From: Schizochytrium sp. TIO01
Lineage: Eukaryota; Protista; Bigyra: Labyrinthulomycetes
Direction of reading: 5' to 3'
Assembly: GCA_004764695.1 (NCBI GenBank)
Contig: SMSO01000035.1
Coordinates: forward strand, 4,290,040 to 4,354,039
Length of the DNA: 64,000 bases
Under the pieces are notes generated by a model that saw nothing but the letters and a program-made list of their open reading frames with translations, searched no databases and was not told where the DNA came from. Shown here piece after piece: positions 36,761 to 48,321 of the stretch (position 1 is the stretch's first letter; each line of letters begins with the position of its first letter). A program made the translations under genes and the position numbers.

Positions 36761-38282
36761 AACGTTAGCTTCTCTCTGCAAAAGAAATACATAAATAAAT
36801 AAATATATAAATAAATGAGGTAGCTATTTATGATATCTCTGCTTTCTCGCTCACTGCGCAGCGAATGTTGTGTCCTCTCAGCTGATTAGTCTGTTAGTTC
36901 GTTAGTTCGTTCGTTGCTCAAGTTTGGAGTTGGAGCTGCTTGAGTAAACTAACTAACTGACTCAGCTGCCTTCCTTTTGGGGAAAGATCGATCACTTTTA
37001 CCTGCGTACTTGTTCTGTTGAGGTTAAAAAATTGCGGAAATCGAGGAAGTCGGGATAGCAGGCTTTACTAACGGCAGCTTTGGTGGCTTGGGGCCCATAG
37101 GTCCTCGCGCAGCTCGATATGAAAGGGTCAAGGCGATCTTATTTATTTTTTTCAAGATGGGCATACGCACTGACATGATTGTGTTTACGTTGCGGGTTGT
37201 GATGCCTGCGTTGTCTCTACGCTCAGTCTTCAAGATTGCACTGCACTGCATTGCAATCTGCCAGTGCTGCTTTATTATTATTATTTTTTTTTTTAAGTTT
37301 TTATTTTTATGTTTTACTTTTTCAACAGTTCTTTTAAAGATTTCTTCCTTTCTTTCTAAATACTCTTTTTTTTTTTTTTCTGTTTCTAACTGCTGCTTCG
37401 GTTATAACGGAGATGGAATCCAGGGCTGCGGGGAAAAGAGCGAGGCATTCTGCGGTGCTGATTGGAGATGGAATTCATAAGCTGTGATGACGGCTAGCTT
37501 CGAGATCCGAGGAGGCCAGAGAACCAATCATGCTGCCCTCCCCCCTCACAAGCCGTCCCTGCTGTGGGGCAGTTTGATGTGAGGCACAAAAACTTACCCT
37601 CCTCTGCCTCCACTGCAACCTTGTCACGTCAAATTGGAATCCCTGGAAACGCTGATGGACGGGGCTACTTTGCACTTACTTCTTTGCTTTCTCCTTCAAT
37701 CCCAGCGTGAGATTCCAATCAAGTGACCGAGTCTACAGCCCAAACTTACAGAGTGCACCCCATTTGATCACGGACCGTGCCTCTCGCCAGTGGGGCGTGT
37801 GGCTGCGCCCAAGCTGTGGGGCCCAAGTAGCCACCTACGGCTTAGTCTTCTGTTGAGGCCTTTGGGCTTTCAACTTGAACCTCCTCGAAAGCGCTTTGTC
37901 TTTGCGGCCTGAGCTTTCTTCAAGCTTTCTTTAAAGTGCTCCGCTCCGCAGCCTATCAAGTGCGCCCGTTTCGTTTCAAAGCTCCCTCCTTTCTTGAGCT
38001 TCAGAAGGGAAGGAAGGCTTAAAGTGTAGGAGAGAGAGCCAAAGAAGGAGCGGCCATCTTAGCGCACTGCTAAAGTTTCCAGTGAGCGAGCATTACAATT
38101 TCCTGTTCTACGCTTTCTTTCAGAGTTCTAAGGTTGAAGTTTGCAGCAGTTTATATATAAAGTTTAGGTCAATGTTTTTTGTTTTTTGTTGCTTTTTTAA
38201 TTACTAAGTAATTAGAATTTTCATTTAGAGGAGGAAGCAGCTGTAAGTTAGTTAGTTATCGTGCAATCTATCAGTTAATCGT

Positions 38283-38440
38283 TCAATGATGCTATCAATC
38301 TATCAATCATTCAATGATTCTATCAATCTTTCAATGATTCTATCAATCTTTCAATGATTCTATCAATCTATCAATGAATCAATGATTCTATCGATGAATC
38401 AATGAATTTATCAATGAATCAATCAAATGAACCAATGAAT
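38283..38440. repeat. Degenerate (TCAATGAT/TCTATCAA) minisatellite including 20-bp tandem copies TCAATGATTCTATCAATCTT
   Basis: tcaatgattctatcaatct repeated at 38311, 38331 and 38351, then decaying tcaatgaa units. Confidence 0.85.
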
Positions 38441-41291
38441 TCTGGGCTCTTCTAACTAACTGCCTTCTAACTGCTGCTAATGCCCTCGAAAGCGCTTGGT
38501 TTGGCGAAGAGTTGAGGGTCGAAGGTGCCTGGGGAGCTCTATACGCGCAGTGGAACCGCAGAAGAAGGCTCGAAAGGCGGCGCTGGTGGCGGCGATCTTC
38601 GCGCTTCCTCGTGGAAAGATGGAGGGCATCTTCTTCTTCTTCTTCTTCTTCTTCATGATGCAATGAATGTGCGATTGTGCTCCTTATTCTCTCTTTTCTT
38701 TTCTCTCCTGTTCCATGCGCGGAGGAACAGAACGGCGGGAGAGGAGAGAGAAAAGAGCCTCAATGCGTATGTAAGTATGGGTGGCAGCGCAGAACAAGTA
38801 CGGTAACAAATGCAAGAAGTTTCAGAAGAGACCATACCGAAGCGTCCAAACTGAGTGGATGAAGGGAACAATGGGATACTCTCAAGTGGTCAGCGTTTTT
38901 AAAGCCCTTTTCCTTTCTTATTGTTGTGGACGCTTATCACTTTTTATTATTGCCATTATTTAGAGAAAGTAAAAATTGTATTGGAGATATACAGAATGTA
39001 CTCATGTTTGTTGGTATTGTTGGTATTGTTGGTGTTTTTCATGAACGATGATTGTTGTTAAGTTTGCAAGATGAATCAAAGGTGCGATACTTACTCCAAC
39101 GGAAGCGCGAGAGACCTTTATATGATGGAGTGGAATGCTTGAAAGACGGAAAACCTGAGGGCCGCCGTGTTCAGGGAATAGTATGCAGCGCTCTGCTTTC
39201 TTGTTTGGTAGGTATCGCGCCAAAAAGTTTCTTTTGAAAATCACAGACAACAACCATGAGAATGGGAGCAAGAGAAAGAAGGAATCGACGGGAGCTTTTA
39301 CTGTTTTTCAAGGAGTTAAAAATACAATTTTAAAATTAATTAATAATTCAATTAATAATTTTAATTTTAATAAATAAATAAAAATTAAAAATTAAAAAAA
39401 GATGAAGAGAGATCTCGCATGATTTTTAATTTTTATTATCATGGAGGGCTCCAACAAATCTGAATCTCGCTGTGCCGCCACGCCGTCTCCGCGCAGAAGA
39501 AACAAAGACGAGCACTCGAGCGGCGTGGAGACGTCAGCGCGAGGCCAAGGAAACGAATAATTCATCACAGTGGACAGACAAGGCCGCTGCTCAAAAGCAC
39601 GCAGCGCCAGGCGTCAGCGTTGAAGTTGGCTGAAGAGTATCGAGAGCGTCAGTCGCCTCGATTGGCGACCGATCGGGCCGTCAAAATCGATCGCAAGGCA
39701 AGGCCTGTCGCGCTAGCTTCTTCTCTCCGCTGTGGCCGCCTGAGTGGACGCAGGTGGAGGCAGCACGACCTGCTTCAACCTCGATCCCTGTGTGCTCAAG
39801 AAATCAGCGGGGCTCATCGACAAAGCGTGGTTCGAGTCGATATCGACTGGAGCCGGTCGCATCGCATCGGGTCCCGTGCCAAGCCAACAATCGTTCAAGC
39901 GCGAGCTTTCTCAAGGCTGTGCCACGTTGGCCAGCGAGTAAGCACTCCGGCCTGTAAACCGGGTCTAAGGGAGCATACAGACTCCGCTCAGAGCGCGTAG
40001 CCACGACCCTTTGTCAATCGCCACGTTGTAGGCAAGAGAAACCAAAAGGGACAGACAAAAGGGAAAAGCGTGGCTCTCCATCTTGAGTGGCGTTCTAACC
40101 GTTCTTTTGTTCTAATTAGGTGTTCCGTTGCCTGCCCACGCAGAGAGAACGGAACGGAGGCTTAGAAGTGCCTGCTTCTCTGAGAGAAAGAGAGCCTATC
40201 GTTGTGCAAAGAGAGAGGAGGTGCATCGCAAGCTTGTGCTATTGCGTCCTTCGTGATCAAGATTGTGACATTCGCGTGACCCGATTTGATCGTCAGGAAC
40301 GAAGCAGACAGAGGTAACCAGTGACTGTGCTTGATTGTCGAGCGTACGTCGCAAAAGACCCAGCAGAGAGGGGTAGAAAGGCCCGTTTGGGGGGGATAAC
40401 GAATATTTTCTGAAGTCCCGACCCGCTCGACTCCCTTGGGTTAAATTGAATACGCGAGAGAAAAACTCCAGCAGAAGCCTGAAAGGTCGCCCATTCGGTG
40501 AATTTGACCTACTACGCAGGTGACGACGGCTCCGAGTTTGGTGTAGGATTAATTCACACGCAGAGAAGCCAAGACCCACCAGGTCTATCTATCTCTCTTT
40601 CTCAATCAATCGATCAATCAATCAATTGTGATTGGCCAGTTCTTGAACCCCGCGCAAGCTCAATCTCGTGGTACATCCCACCTCTGGAAAGAAGGCCGCG
40701 CGTTGGAACAGCAGCATCAACAAAAGCAGGTTTCAACTTCGTTTGATCTCTCGAGTATCCATCCGCACGTGCCGAAAGCGTGGAGGAGAATAACGAAGCA
40801 AACCAAAGCTCCGCCTGATTACCCAGTTTCAGGATTGATTGTCTCAAGCAAGAGTGACTGGAGGGACAAATCGCATTAGACCAACCTTACTTTTTCCTTT
40901 TCTTATCTTTTTTTTTTTCTTTCCCCCCTATTTTTACTACTACCATAATAAAAATAGGCGTTTCGGGAAAATAAAGAAAAGAACGTTTGTAGCGAGTATC
41001 CGTTCACCTTGTTTGTTATTATAATAAACTTACTGAAGGAATTACATCTGGGGCGACCAGCTTAATAAGCGATCTAAGGTGGTCAAGACACACAGACAAA
41101 GACAAGCAGGTTGACAACAGGGAGTTTTATCTCAAATCAACCAGAGCGATAACTCTTTGCAGGCACTCACTGTGCTGTGCTGATCTTGCTTTAGCTACAG
41201 CTACAGCTGAGCAAACAAGCATCTCAACACTTCTCTCTTTCTCAAGGAGAGGAGAGAAGAGCATACAACACACATCGTCTGACGAGGGAAA

Positions 41292-42161
41292 ATGGCTGTG
41301 GTGCAATTTAACCGTAGCGTCAAGGTTCTTGGTTATTATCTTAGCGATGAGGAGCGGGCATTGAAGCAATTATGGAGTGCAGAAAACCATGAGCGGATGC
41401 TTGCACTGAGGAAACAAATTAAACGCCAGAAGATGATCCAAATGAAGGAGAACAAACAAACAAAAGTTAACCGAAGCGATGAATACTCACCACTCAAATC
41501 CCTCGATGTGCTCATCGACAAAGCCCCATCAAACTCCTTTTTTTCATCTTCTTCAGTATACCCAACTACAAGTGCTGCCTTCTCCTCACGCCAGCAGAAC
41601 ACCGATGAGGCCGATGCTCTGAAACAACACAAACGCGACGTTGATCTCCATCCCATTGTCCTTGCCAAAACTGGGACCACAACTGCAGACCGCCGAAAGC
41701 ACCTTAGTTCTGTCTCATCATTCTCGAACTCATCAAATGCATGCAACAATGTCACGAGCTGTGATAACCTTGGAGCAGCAGTTTCTACATCTACTGTGTC
41801 TGGCGCGATGGTGTCCTCTCTATCCGCTGCCTCCTCTTCAACTGCTTCATCAGCTATGGGATCTACCTCAATTGCACCGTCAGTCTGCACAGGACGCCCT
41901 CGGACAATGGAAGTCCGTCTGCGACCTGTGCCAGCAGTTGCTGAGGAAACCCCTTGTGAAGCAAGTATCAATGAGTGTGAACGATGGACTTCCTATCTCC
42001 TTGGCGTTGTGATGGATGGCTCTTACCTCGCTATTGAGACAGTTCGTTCTATTGAGCGCAAGTTCACAGGCTCAAACCTTGTTTCCTTCACTTCAGACGA
42101 GTGGATGGAAATCGGGGCACTCAGTTGTCTCAGCAACCTTGTTATCCCTGCTTTTCGGTGA
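41292..42161 (+). CDS. Uncharacterised protein with a Ser-rich middle region
   Basis: 289-aa ATG ORF in an aaaATGg context with coding-like composition. The antisense shadow ORF at 41336-41971 is typical of real genes in this window. No family recognised. Confidence 0.7.
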   Translation: MAVVQFNRSVKVLGYYLSDEERALKQLWSAENHERMLALRKQIKRQKMIQMKENKQTKVNRSDEYSPLKSLDVLIDKAPSNSFFSSSSVYPTTSAAFSSRQQNTDEADALKQHKRDVDLHPIVLAKTGTTTADRRKHLSSVSSFSNSSNACNNVTSCDNLGAAVSTSTVSGAMVSSLSAASSSTASSAMGSTSIAPSVCTGRPRTMEVRLRPVPAVAEETPCEASINECERWTSYLLGVVMDGSYLAIETVRSIERKFTGSNLVSFTSDEWMEIGALSCLSNLVIPAFR

Positions 42162-43658
42162 GCAAGTTGACTCCCATCATGTTCATGTAAAGATCAGCCT
42201 CAAGTGTGCAACCTCTTTACTTACATCATTCACCCATAGCCGAAGAACTTTTCTTATCATACTCAGTGCTTCTTTGCTTATCCCTTCATGTGTGACCTAT
42301 TTTTATCCAGTGATAACTTTGACTCGTACGCGCCCAGACTATTTTACTTTCATACTTATATTACCTACTATCTCGTTACAATACATACTACTAAATAATT
42401 ATGATGACATACGCTCTTTTTCTTTTTTCTACACAGTGTCTTTGTTTTGTTTTGTTTTTTCAAGAGAAACTGGTTCTCTTCCCAGGGAAGAATAAATCGA
42501 AATCAACAGTGACAGGAACGACTTCACATAAAGGTTAAATTGAGTTGATTTCTCTTACATATTTAGAAACGTTGCTATGGAAATTTGATGATGCTCCTAG
42601 ATTTGCACTCATAAATTCAGAAACGTAGCTCCTGGATATTGTTGGCGCTCTCGGTTTTGCGCCTCCAAGTTGAACTTCCTACGTATACCATTTTTTCCAC
42701 CATGTGATTAAAACTCCGTGGAAGTACTGATGCAATATTTCTGAATTAAACCAAGAATCTCTCGCACAACACAACCACAGTTATTCTCTTACATTCAGAA
42801 ATCTTATTTCTTTTCTCGGAATATCTATTGGTAAAATGAAGCGATCTCAATTCTTTTGCTAGTACTACTTTTCTTTCTTTTGGATTTACTGCCTTCTGCT
42901 GGCACCTCTGAATTGGTTTTTGTGTTTTCTAGCTAGTTAAACAAAATTATGTTCTCATAATTCAAGTCAGTAAAAGGATCATCTTAAAACCCTGAAAGAC
43001 CTGTCTCTATCATACTACCTAGCTCTATCTCCTGTAAACTTTTCTTTCTTGTTGTTGCGACCTAGAGTAGAGACACTTTAACGACTTACTTTGCATGTTT
43101 AACTAACTGAGATAGTAGACAATGTTGGTTTTTGTTTTTTGTTTTTTGTTTTTTGTTTTTTGTTTTGTTTTTGTTTTTTAAGTTCTATTCTTTTTCTTCA
43201 AGTTCTTTTTTCATATTATCACTTGTAGGCGTATATCACACGTATCAAACACCAAAATACAAACACACAAGCTCTTATTTCGCATGGCAATATGTATCGT
43301 GCATAATTAGGCTCTCTTCTACATAGAGGCTTTGCCAGACTCAATGAGCTTTTCGATGCAATGACAAAGGATGTCTGCTTTTAGCACAACCCTCTTTTCT
43401 TGGCCAACCCTCGGGAATGATATTATGGTCTCTTGAAGACCTGAACAACGATCAGGGCAGGGAAAAAATAGCATGGTCAGCCTTGCAAATGCATCTGTGC
43501 ATTCAAACATGCGCACGCTGACAAAAGCCAATAGAGTTAAACATCAAGCTGAACGAGGTGGACAGTTTGATTCTCTCAAGCAGACAACCAAAACAAGGCC
43601 TACCATAAGTACTACAAATCTCTATCCATTCGAGACTAACGGTACCAAAGCTAGGGTT

Positions 43659-44318
43659 TTAAAAGGTGATACCAAAGATGGTAACAATGCATCCAACAGA
43701 GTCATTCTCCCATGAGACTGTAACCATATCATCGTTAGCAGGGCTCCAGAACATAGTGGAAAAGGTATCCATACCAGCACCCCTCGAAGCTTCATACACA
43801 ATCGTAGAAGCAATATACTTGAGGTTTCCGCAGGCTGCTGCAAGATCATCTATACATTGTTGGTTGATGGCCTCCACCCAACGTGGTATGGCAGCTGACT
43901 TAAAACGACGACCTTCAAGATGCTCTAAGACACTGCGTTCAGCTACGCTTTGTGCCACAGAAATGATATCTGAGAATCTAGTCGCGCGAGAAATATCTGA
44001 GGGGTTTGTTAAGCGCCTCGACGAGCTTTTCTTCTGTTTTAAAGGTTCTCCTGAAAGCTTTGATTCGGAGTCTTCTTGACGATCATCTTGAGGAGAGTTT
44101 GCAGTAGGACTTGTATCGGTGCCCTCAGTCTTGGTCTCCTCTGATCGTCGTTTTGAAGCCTTTGGCCTCTGCCGTTCCCTTTCGCGGAAGCCTTCATGGT
44201 CATTGGCCTCCCCCAAGTCAGCATTGAGGAGCCCTTTGCTAGCGAGAACCTCATCACCGTCTTCAGCCAGCTCCAAGAGATCGTCCCCGTTCTCATCTGC
44301 TGACTCCTGGCGCGGCAT
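43659..44318 (-). CDS. Tctex-1 family dynein light chain with an acidic/charged N-terminal extension
   Basis: The C-terminal ~100 aa (SVLEHLEGRRF...WVEAINQQCIDDL...LKYIASTIV...GAGMDTFSTMFWSPANDDMVTVSWENDSVGCIVTIFGI) match the Tctex-1 pattern. Probable ATG at 44318 (MPRQES); the upstream in-frame extension looks non-coding. Confidence 0.85.
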   Translation of the reverse strand: MPRQESADENGDDLLELAEDGDEVLASKGLLNADLGEANDHEGFRERERQRPKASKRRSEETKTEGTDTSPTANSPQDDRQEDSESKLSGEPLKQKKSSSRRLTNPSDISRATRFSDIISVAQSVAERSVLEHLEGRRFKSAAIPRWVEAINQQCIDDLAAACGNLKYIASTIVYEASRGAGMDTFSTMFWSPANDDMVTVSWENDSVGCIVTIFGITF

Positions 44319-44789
44319 CTTTAACAAATAAACCTCGTGGTAGCTACTACCAACTGCTACTACAGCAAGTGATCCTGCTATTGATGATCCCGGTACTGGT
44401 ACCTGGGTTTGTTGCCTGGCGTGCAAGGTGGCCCTTGATGTTGTGGCCAATGCGGATTTGATGTCACGGGTAGAAAATGTCATCAATTCAAAAGAGGTGA
44501 GGATGAATGGGACAAAGATCCGTTGGGTCATTTTGGGCTCACAACTTAGACCACTTTTGAAGAAACCTGGGACCACAAGGCTGCGCTTGTGAGCATCTAC
44601 CTTTGGAAGCAGTCTTGCAAAGCTGCAAAGGAACCCCAAAAAGAACTTTTTCTGATATGAACCTGAAGTTAGAATAGCGTCGTAGTGTTGTTTAGAATTC
44701 CTTGCAAGGGGTTGTGCAAAGTACAGACAGGTTCTTGGTAAGACAAGCCATAAATGCCACCTTGATAACATTAAACTAGACAAAACGCA

Positions 44790-47700
44790 ATGGCCAAGAA
44801 AGCTGCACGAGGGCGCAGAGTACACCCTGCTAGTGGAAACGATTCTGAAAGTGGTGCGGATGGGGAGGATGACTCAGAAAGTGTCTTTGAGTTTGATGAT
44901 GAGAAAGATTCAGGGAAAAATGCATGGGATCATGGACCTCATGGTAGAAACAAGACTCCTTTAGAAAGTAGCAAAACTGGATACGGGCAAAGCGCAAATG
45001 CAGATCACCCTAGTGGTGGAGGATACTACGGTTTCGACACTAATGCTATTCGCGACGAAGATAGTGACGCTGGAGTTGAGCTTTTCATGGACGCGCCGCA
45101 ACATCAAAAAACACACCGTGCCATTGAAATGAGTTTTATTGACCTTGATGATGACGAAGATGACGTCAAAGAACTAGGAGCATCTGGCAATGACCGGAAT
45201 GCTCATTTTGTAAGTAGTGCAAACCAGGATGCTCAATTTGCTCATAGCGCTGCAGTACATGTAAACGGTAATTCTTTTAGCAATGGCCAATCTGCAATTC
45301 ACGATCGAAATGTTCCCATGCAGAACAAAGGCAGAGCAACTTTGCCTGGAAAGGGAGAGAATACAAACAAAATTTCTAGTGATAATGATAGTGATGACGA
45401 AGATGAGTCTGTCGATATGCTAGGCATCGATGATGGTGCAGAGGAACTCCTTGGAATTAAAAATCTCCCGGGAGCAGGCGGTGTGGCATTCATGAACCCG
45501 GAGCTTGAAAAGCGTGTAGAGAAAATGGCACAAGTTATCAAACACTATAAAGAGCAAAATAAAGCATTGCGTGAGAAACAGTCTGTAGCATCAGAGGAGG
45601 TCAAACGTCTCCGCAATGAACTGGAGCGACTTGAAGATGAGAAGGAGGAAGCTGAATTAAAGGCCGAAAGAGAACTTCGTATGATTCAGTTTAAAAACCT
45701 AGGAGGAGGTGCTGGGCCCGGAGGTGGAAGACATCTCGCCACGGATTTGGAGGCTCAACGAAAGCGCGAAGAAGCTCGAAGGCAAATGTATGCTGCTAAC
45801 AATGACCAAGGTGATGACTATGAAGCCCTTTTGGGTCTCCAAGACACGGTGCGCTCACATGGAATCATAACTTTGATTCGAAAAAGGTTTGCTCGAATCA
45901 TCCATAAATACGACCCTCTCCAAAAAGATGTGCGCCGCGTAGAGGCGCGTTTTGGAAGTTCAGTGGCTGCGTACTTCTACTTTTTCCGCTGGATGATTGC
46001 CAACTACATGATTCTTATGCTGATAGGAGTGATTTTCCTCATTCGGCACCTGGTTGCTCTTTTTTCGTATCAAAATTTAAGTGAAGAGGATCGACAGTTA
46101 TTCTACAATAGTGCAAACGAACCAGAGCTTGCCTATGACTGGACAAGCTCCGATTGGTCAAGCTTGTCTTCGTTTTTGCCCAAGTTTCTTATGCTCTCTA
46201 GTTTCAACCCTGGTGACTCCGGAACGCAATACATAGAAGATAACCTTTTCTCGGGAACTCCCATATACAACGCAACTGGTTCTGAGGTAACGCCAATCCA
46301 ATATCACGACAATCTTGAACTCGGTGAGCGTATGGACTATATCAGCATTCTCATATTTTGCAATCTTATAGTTTTAGGATCTGTCATCCGCAAATGGATT
46401 CTTGAGGATAGAAGGGCAAAGGCGTTTGGTTTATTTGAAGATCTCGATAAGCAAAGCCGTTTCGCACAAAGTGCGTTGAATGCATGGGACCATAGTCTTC
46501 GGGATCCACGTGAAGTTGAAGATTTAAAACACTCCCTCCTGGACCAATACTTCCTGAGCGTGCACGAGCTGCACACAGACAATCTAAAAAAATCGCGCAC
46601 TTTTAAAGAACGCTTAAATCTTCTTTTACGTCGCATAGTATCTAATATGGTCTATCTTGGTGTCCAAGGCAGTAGTGCGTATGCCATTATTTACCTCACA
46701 GCGACTTCGTCGCAAATGAGCTCAACAGTTTTACAGATCATCAGCGACAATTCTTCTTTACAATGGCTCTTACCAGTTGTAACATTAATTTCAGGATCAA
46801 TTGTCCCCCTTGCCGTGAGTGTTATTAATGCTTTGCTCCCTACTGTAGCAAAAATACTTACGTCATTTGAAAAATGGGATGATGCCGGTTTTCATACAAA
46901 ACTCATGCTGTTCCGGCTCTTTGTGGCTAAAATTCTTAACGCTTTGATTCAGGTCACCTCTTTCCTCCAACTATTGGATCCTTACCTTTTGCGCGGTGCA
47001 ATTATTATTAGTCAAACTTTTGATTTGACTGCTCGTACGAATACAGAAAAACGTTTGACATCTGTAGGATCCACATATGGCAGTGAAGGTACTATTCCCA
47101 GAGGCCTTGACGAGTGCAGAGCAGATTACTATGGGGCAGGAATTTTTCAGCTTGTATTGACCGAATTCGTCATTTCAAAGTCCACATTTGCAATTATTCC
47201 TGCAGTTAAATATGTCATATCTAAGTTACGGAAGAAACCCTTTGAACCTGGAGAGTTTCATGTCGCCAAGCATATGGTCGACTTGCTTTTCTTTCAACAA
47301 CTTTGCTTTGTCTCATTTCCGTTCTTTCCATTTGGAACATTCTTCGTTGGTGTGATGATGTTTGTTGGGTTCAAAGTGCAGGTGCGTACACTCATGGCAT
47401 TCATGCAGAAACCTAAGAAACCATGGAGCGCGAAAGACGCTGCAAACTTCTTCATCAAGTTTTTCTTTTTTACGTACGCTGTCAGCTTTGTCGTGTTCTG
47501 GTACATTCTCTCTAGCAATACATTGCCTAAGACATGTACACTCCAAGAACATGTAATCCAGGCCTCCTTTGGGGGTCTTGACCCAATGGATGAGTGCTTC
47601 AATGATGACCCTGGGAATTTAAACAATACATTAACTTGCTTCATGAATGGTCGCACTGTAGAAGAGATCCGTCTGGCGGAGAATCGTGCTCCAGGACTTG

Positions 47701-48140
47701 AGGAGCTTCGATTTTGGGAAGAATATTTTGTGGCCAGTGTTCCTGATGGTACTTTTTCTGACAACCAAACTATAGATACGGAAGGCTACCTTCGAGATCT
47801 TCTAGGCTATCCAAGTTCTACTGCTGTGGGATTTCCATCATTGGCCACTTGCTCTCTAAGTTGTGGGCCGTTCGTATATAGTGTCAATTATTATTCAACC
47901 CTCGATATATACCTCACTTCCCACATCGAGACCTTCTACAAGCTTCTCACTCAAACACCTCTGTTTGTATGGGGAATCGCTATTCTACTTGCGCTTCGTT
48001 ACCTCTTCATGAAGAACACTATAGGGGTTCTCTATGAATTACAGCAGGAGAAGGAGATCTCGCTTCGCAACCTCGTAGCAAATCTCGAATCCAAGATCAA
48101 GAAACTTACCACCAGGTTGAACAAGATGAAGAACGAGTAA
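44790..48140 (+). CDS. Transmembrane channel-like (TMC) family protein
   Basis: VRRVEARFGSSVAAYFYFFRWM (TMC N-terminal signature), TSFEKW, EFHVAKHMVDLLFFQQLCFVSFPFFP (TMC domain), KPKKPWSAKDAANFF, SLSCGPF and about 10 hydrophobic segments. Confidence 0.9.
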   Translation: MAKKAARGRRVHPASGNDSESGADGEDDSESVFEFDDEKDSGKNAWDHGPHGRNKTPLESSKTGYGQSANADHPSGGGYYGFDTNAIRDEDSDAGVELFMDAPQHQKTHRAIEMSFIDLDDDEDDVKELGASGNDRNAHFVSSANQDAQFAHSAAVHVNGNSFSNGQSAIHDRNVPMQNKGRATLPGKGENTNKISSDNDSDDEDESVDMLGIDDGAEELLGIKNLPGAGGVAFMNPELEKRVEKMAQVIKHYKEQNKALREKQSVASEEVKRLRNELERLEDEKEEAELKAERELRMIQFKNLGGGAGPGGGRHLATDLEAQRKREEARRQMYAANNDQGDDYEALLGLQDTVRSHGIITLIRKRFARIIHKYDPLQKDVRRVEARFGSSVAAYFYFFRWMIANYMILMLIGVIFLIRHLVALFSYQNLSEEDRQLFYNSANEPELAYDWTSSDWSSLSSFLPKFLMLSSFNPGDSGTQYIEDNLFSGTPIYNATGSEVTPIQYHDNLELGERMDYISILIFCNLIVLGSVIRKWILEDRRAKAFGLFEDLDKQSRFAQSALNAWDHSLRDPREVEDLKHSLLDQYFLSVHELHTDNLKKSRTFKERLNLLLRRIVSNMVYLGVQGSSAYAIIYLTATSSQMSSTVLQIISDNSSLQWLLPVVTLISGSIVPLAVSVINALLPTVAKILTSFEKWDDAGFHTKLMLFRLFVAKILNALIQVTSFLQLLDPYLLRGAIIISQTFDLTARTNTEKRLTSVGSTYGSEGTIPRGLDECRADYYGAGIFQLVLTEFVISKSTFAIIPAVKYVISKLRKKPFEPGEFHVAKHMVDLLFFQQLCFVSFPFFPFGTFFVGVMMFVGFKVQVRTLMAFMQKPKKPWSAKDAANFFIKFFFFTYAVSFVVFWYILSSNTLPKTCTLQEHVIQASFGGLDPMDECFNDDPGNLNNTLTCFMNGRTVEEIRLAENRAPGLEELRFWEEYFVASVPDGTFSDNQTIDTEGYLRDLLGYPSSTAVGFPSLATCSLSCGPFVYSVNYYSTLDIYLTSHIETFYKLLTQTPLFVWGIAILLALRYLFMKNTIGVLYELQQEKEISLRNLVANLESKIKKLTTRLNKMKNE

Positions 48141-48321
48141 GGATGCATGACTTTCAAAGAATGAAGATACTGCTTTTATGCTCAAGCAGAAAAGTTAAAA
48201 AAATAATTCAACAAAAAGAATAGTTATAGTTATAAAAAATAAGCTTCTTTTCTTGAATTAGCTGAGAAAGGGAGGAAAGGAAACCAAATAAATCTTATCA
48301 CTCTTTTACTCCGTCCATGGA

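Noticed and set aside
37883-38506. Shared 14-mer CCTCGAAAGCGCTT at 37883 and 38484 as element termini
   Set aside because: Too short, with no target-site duplication or internal coding capacity to support a mobile element.
44319-44825. 169-aa N-terminal extension of the Tctex-1 ORF overlapping the TMC start
   Set aside because: Non-ATG track start, non-protein-like composition and overlap with the divergent gene. The ATG at 44318 is more plausible.
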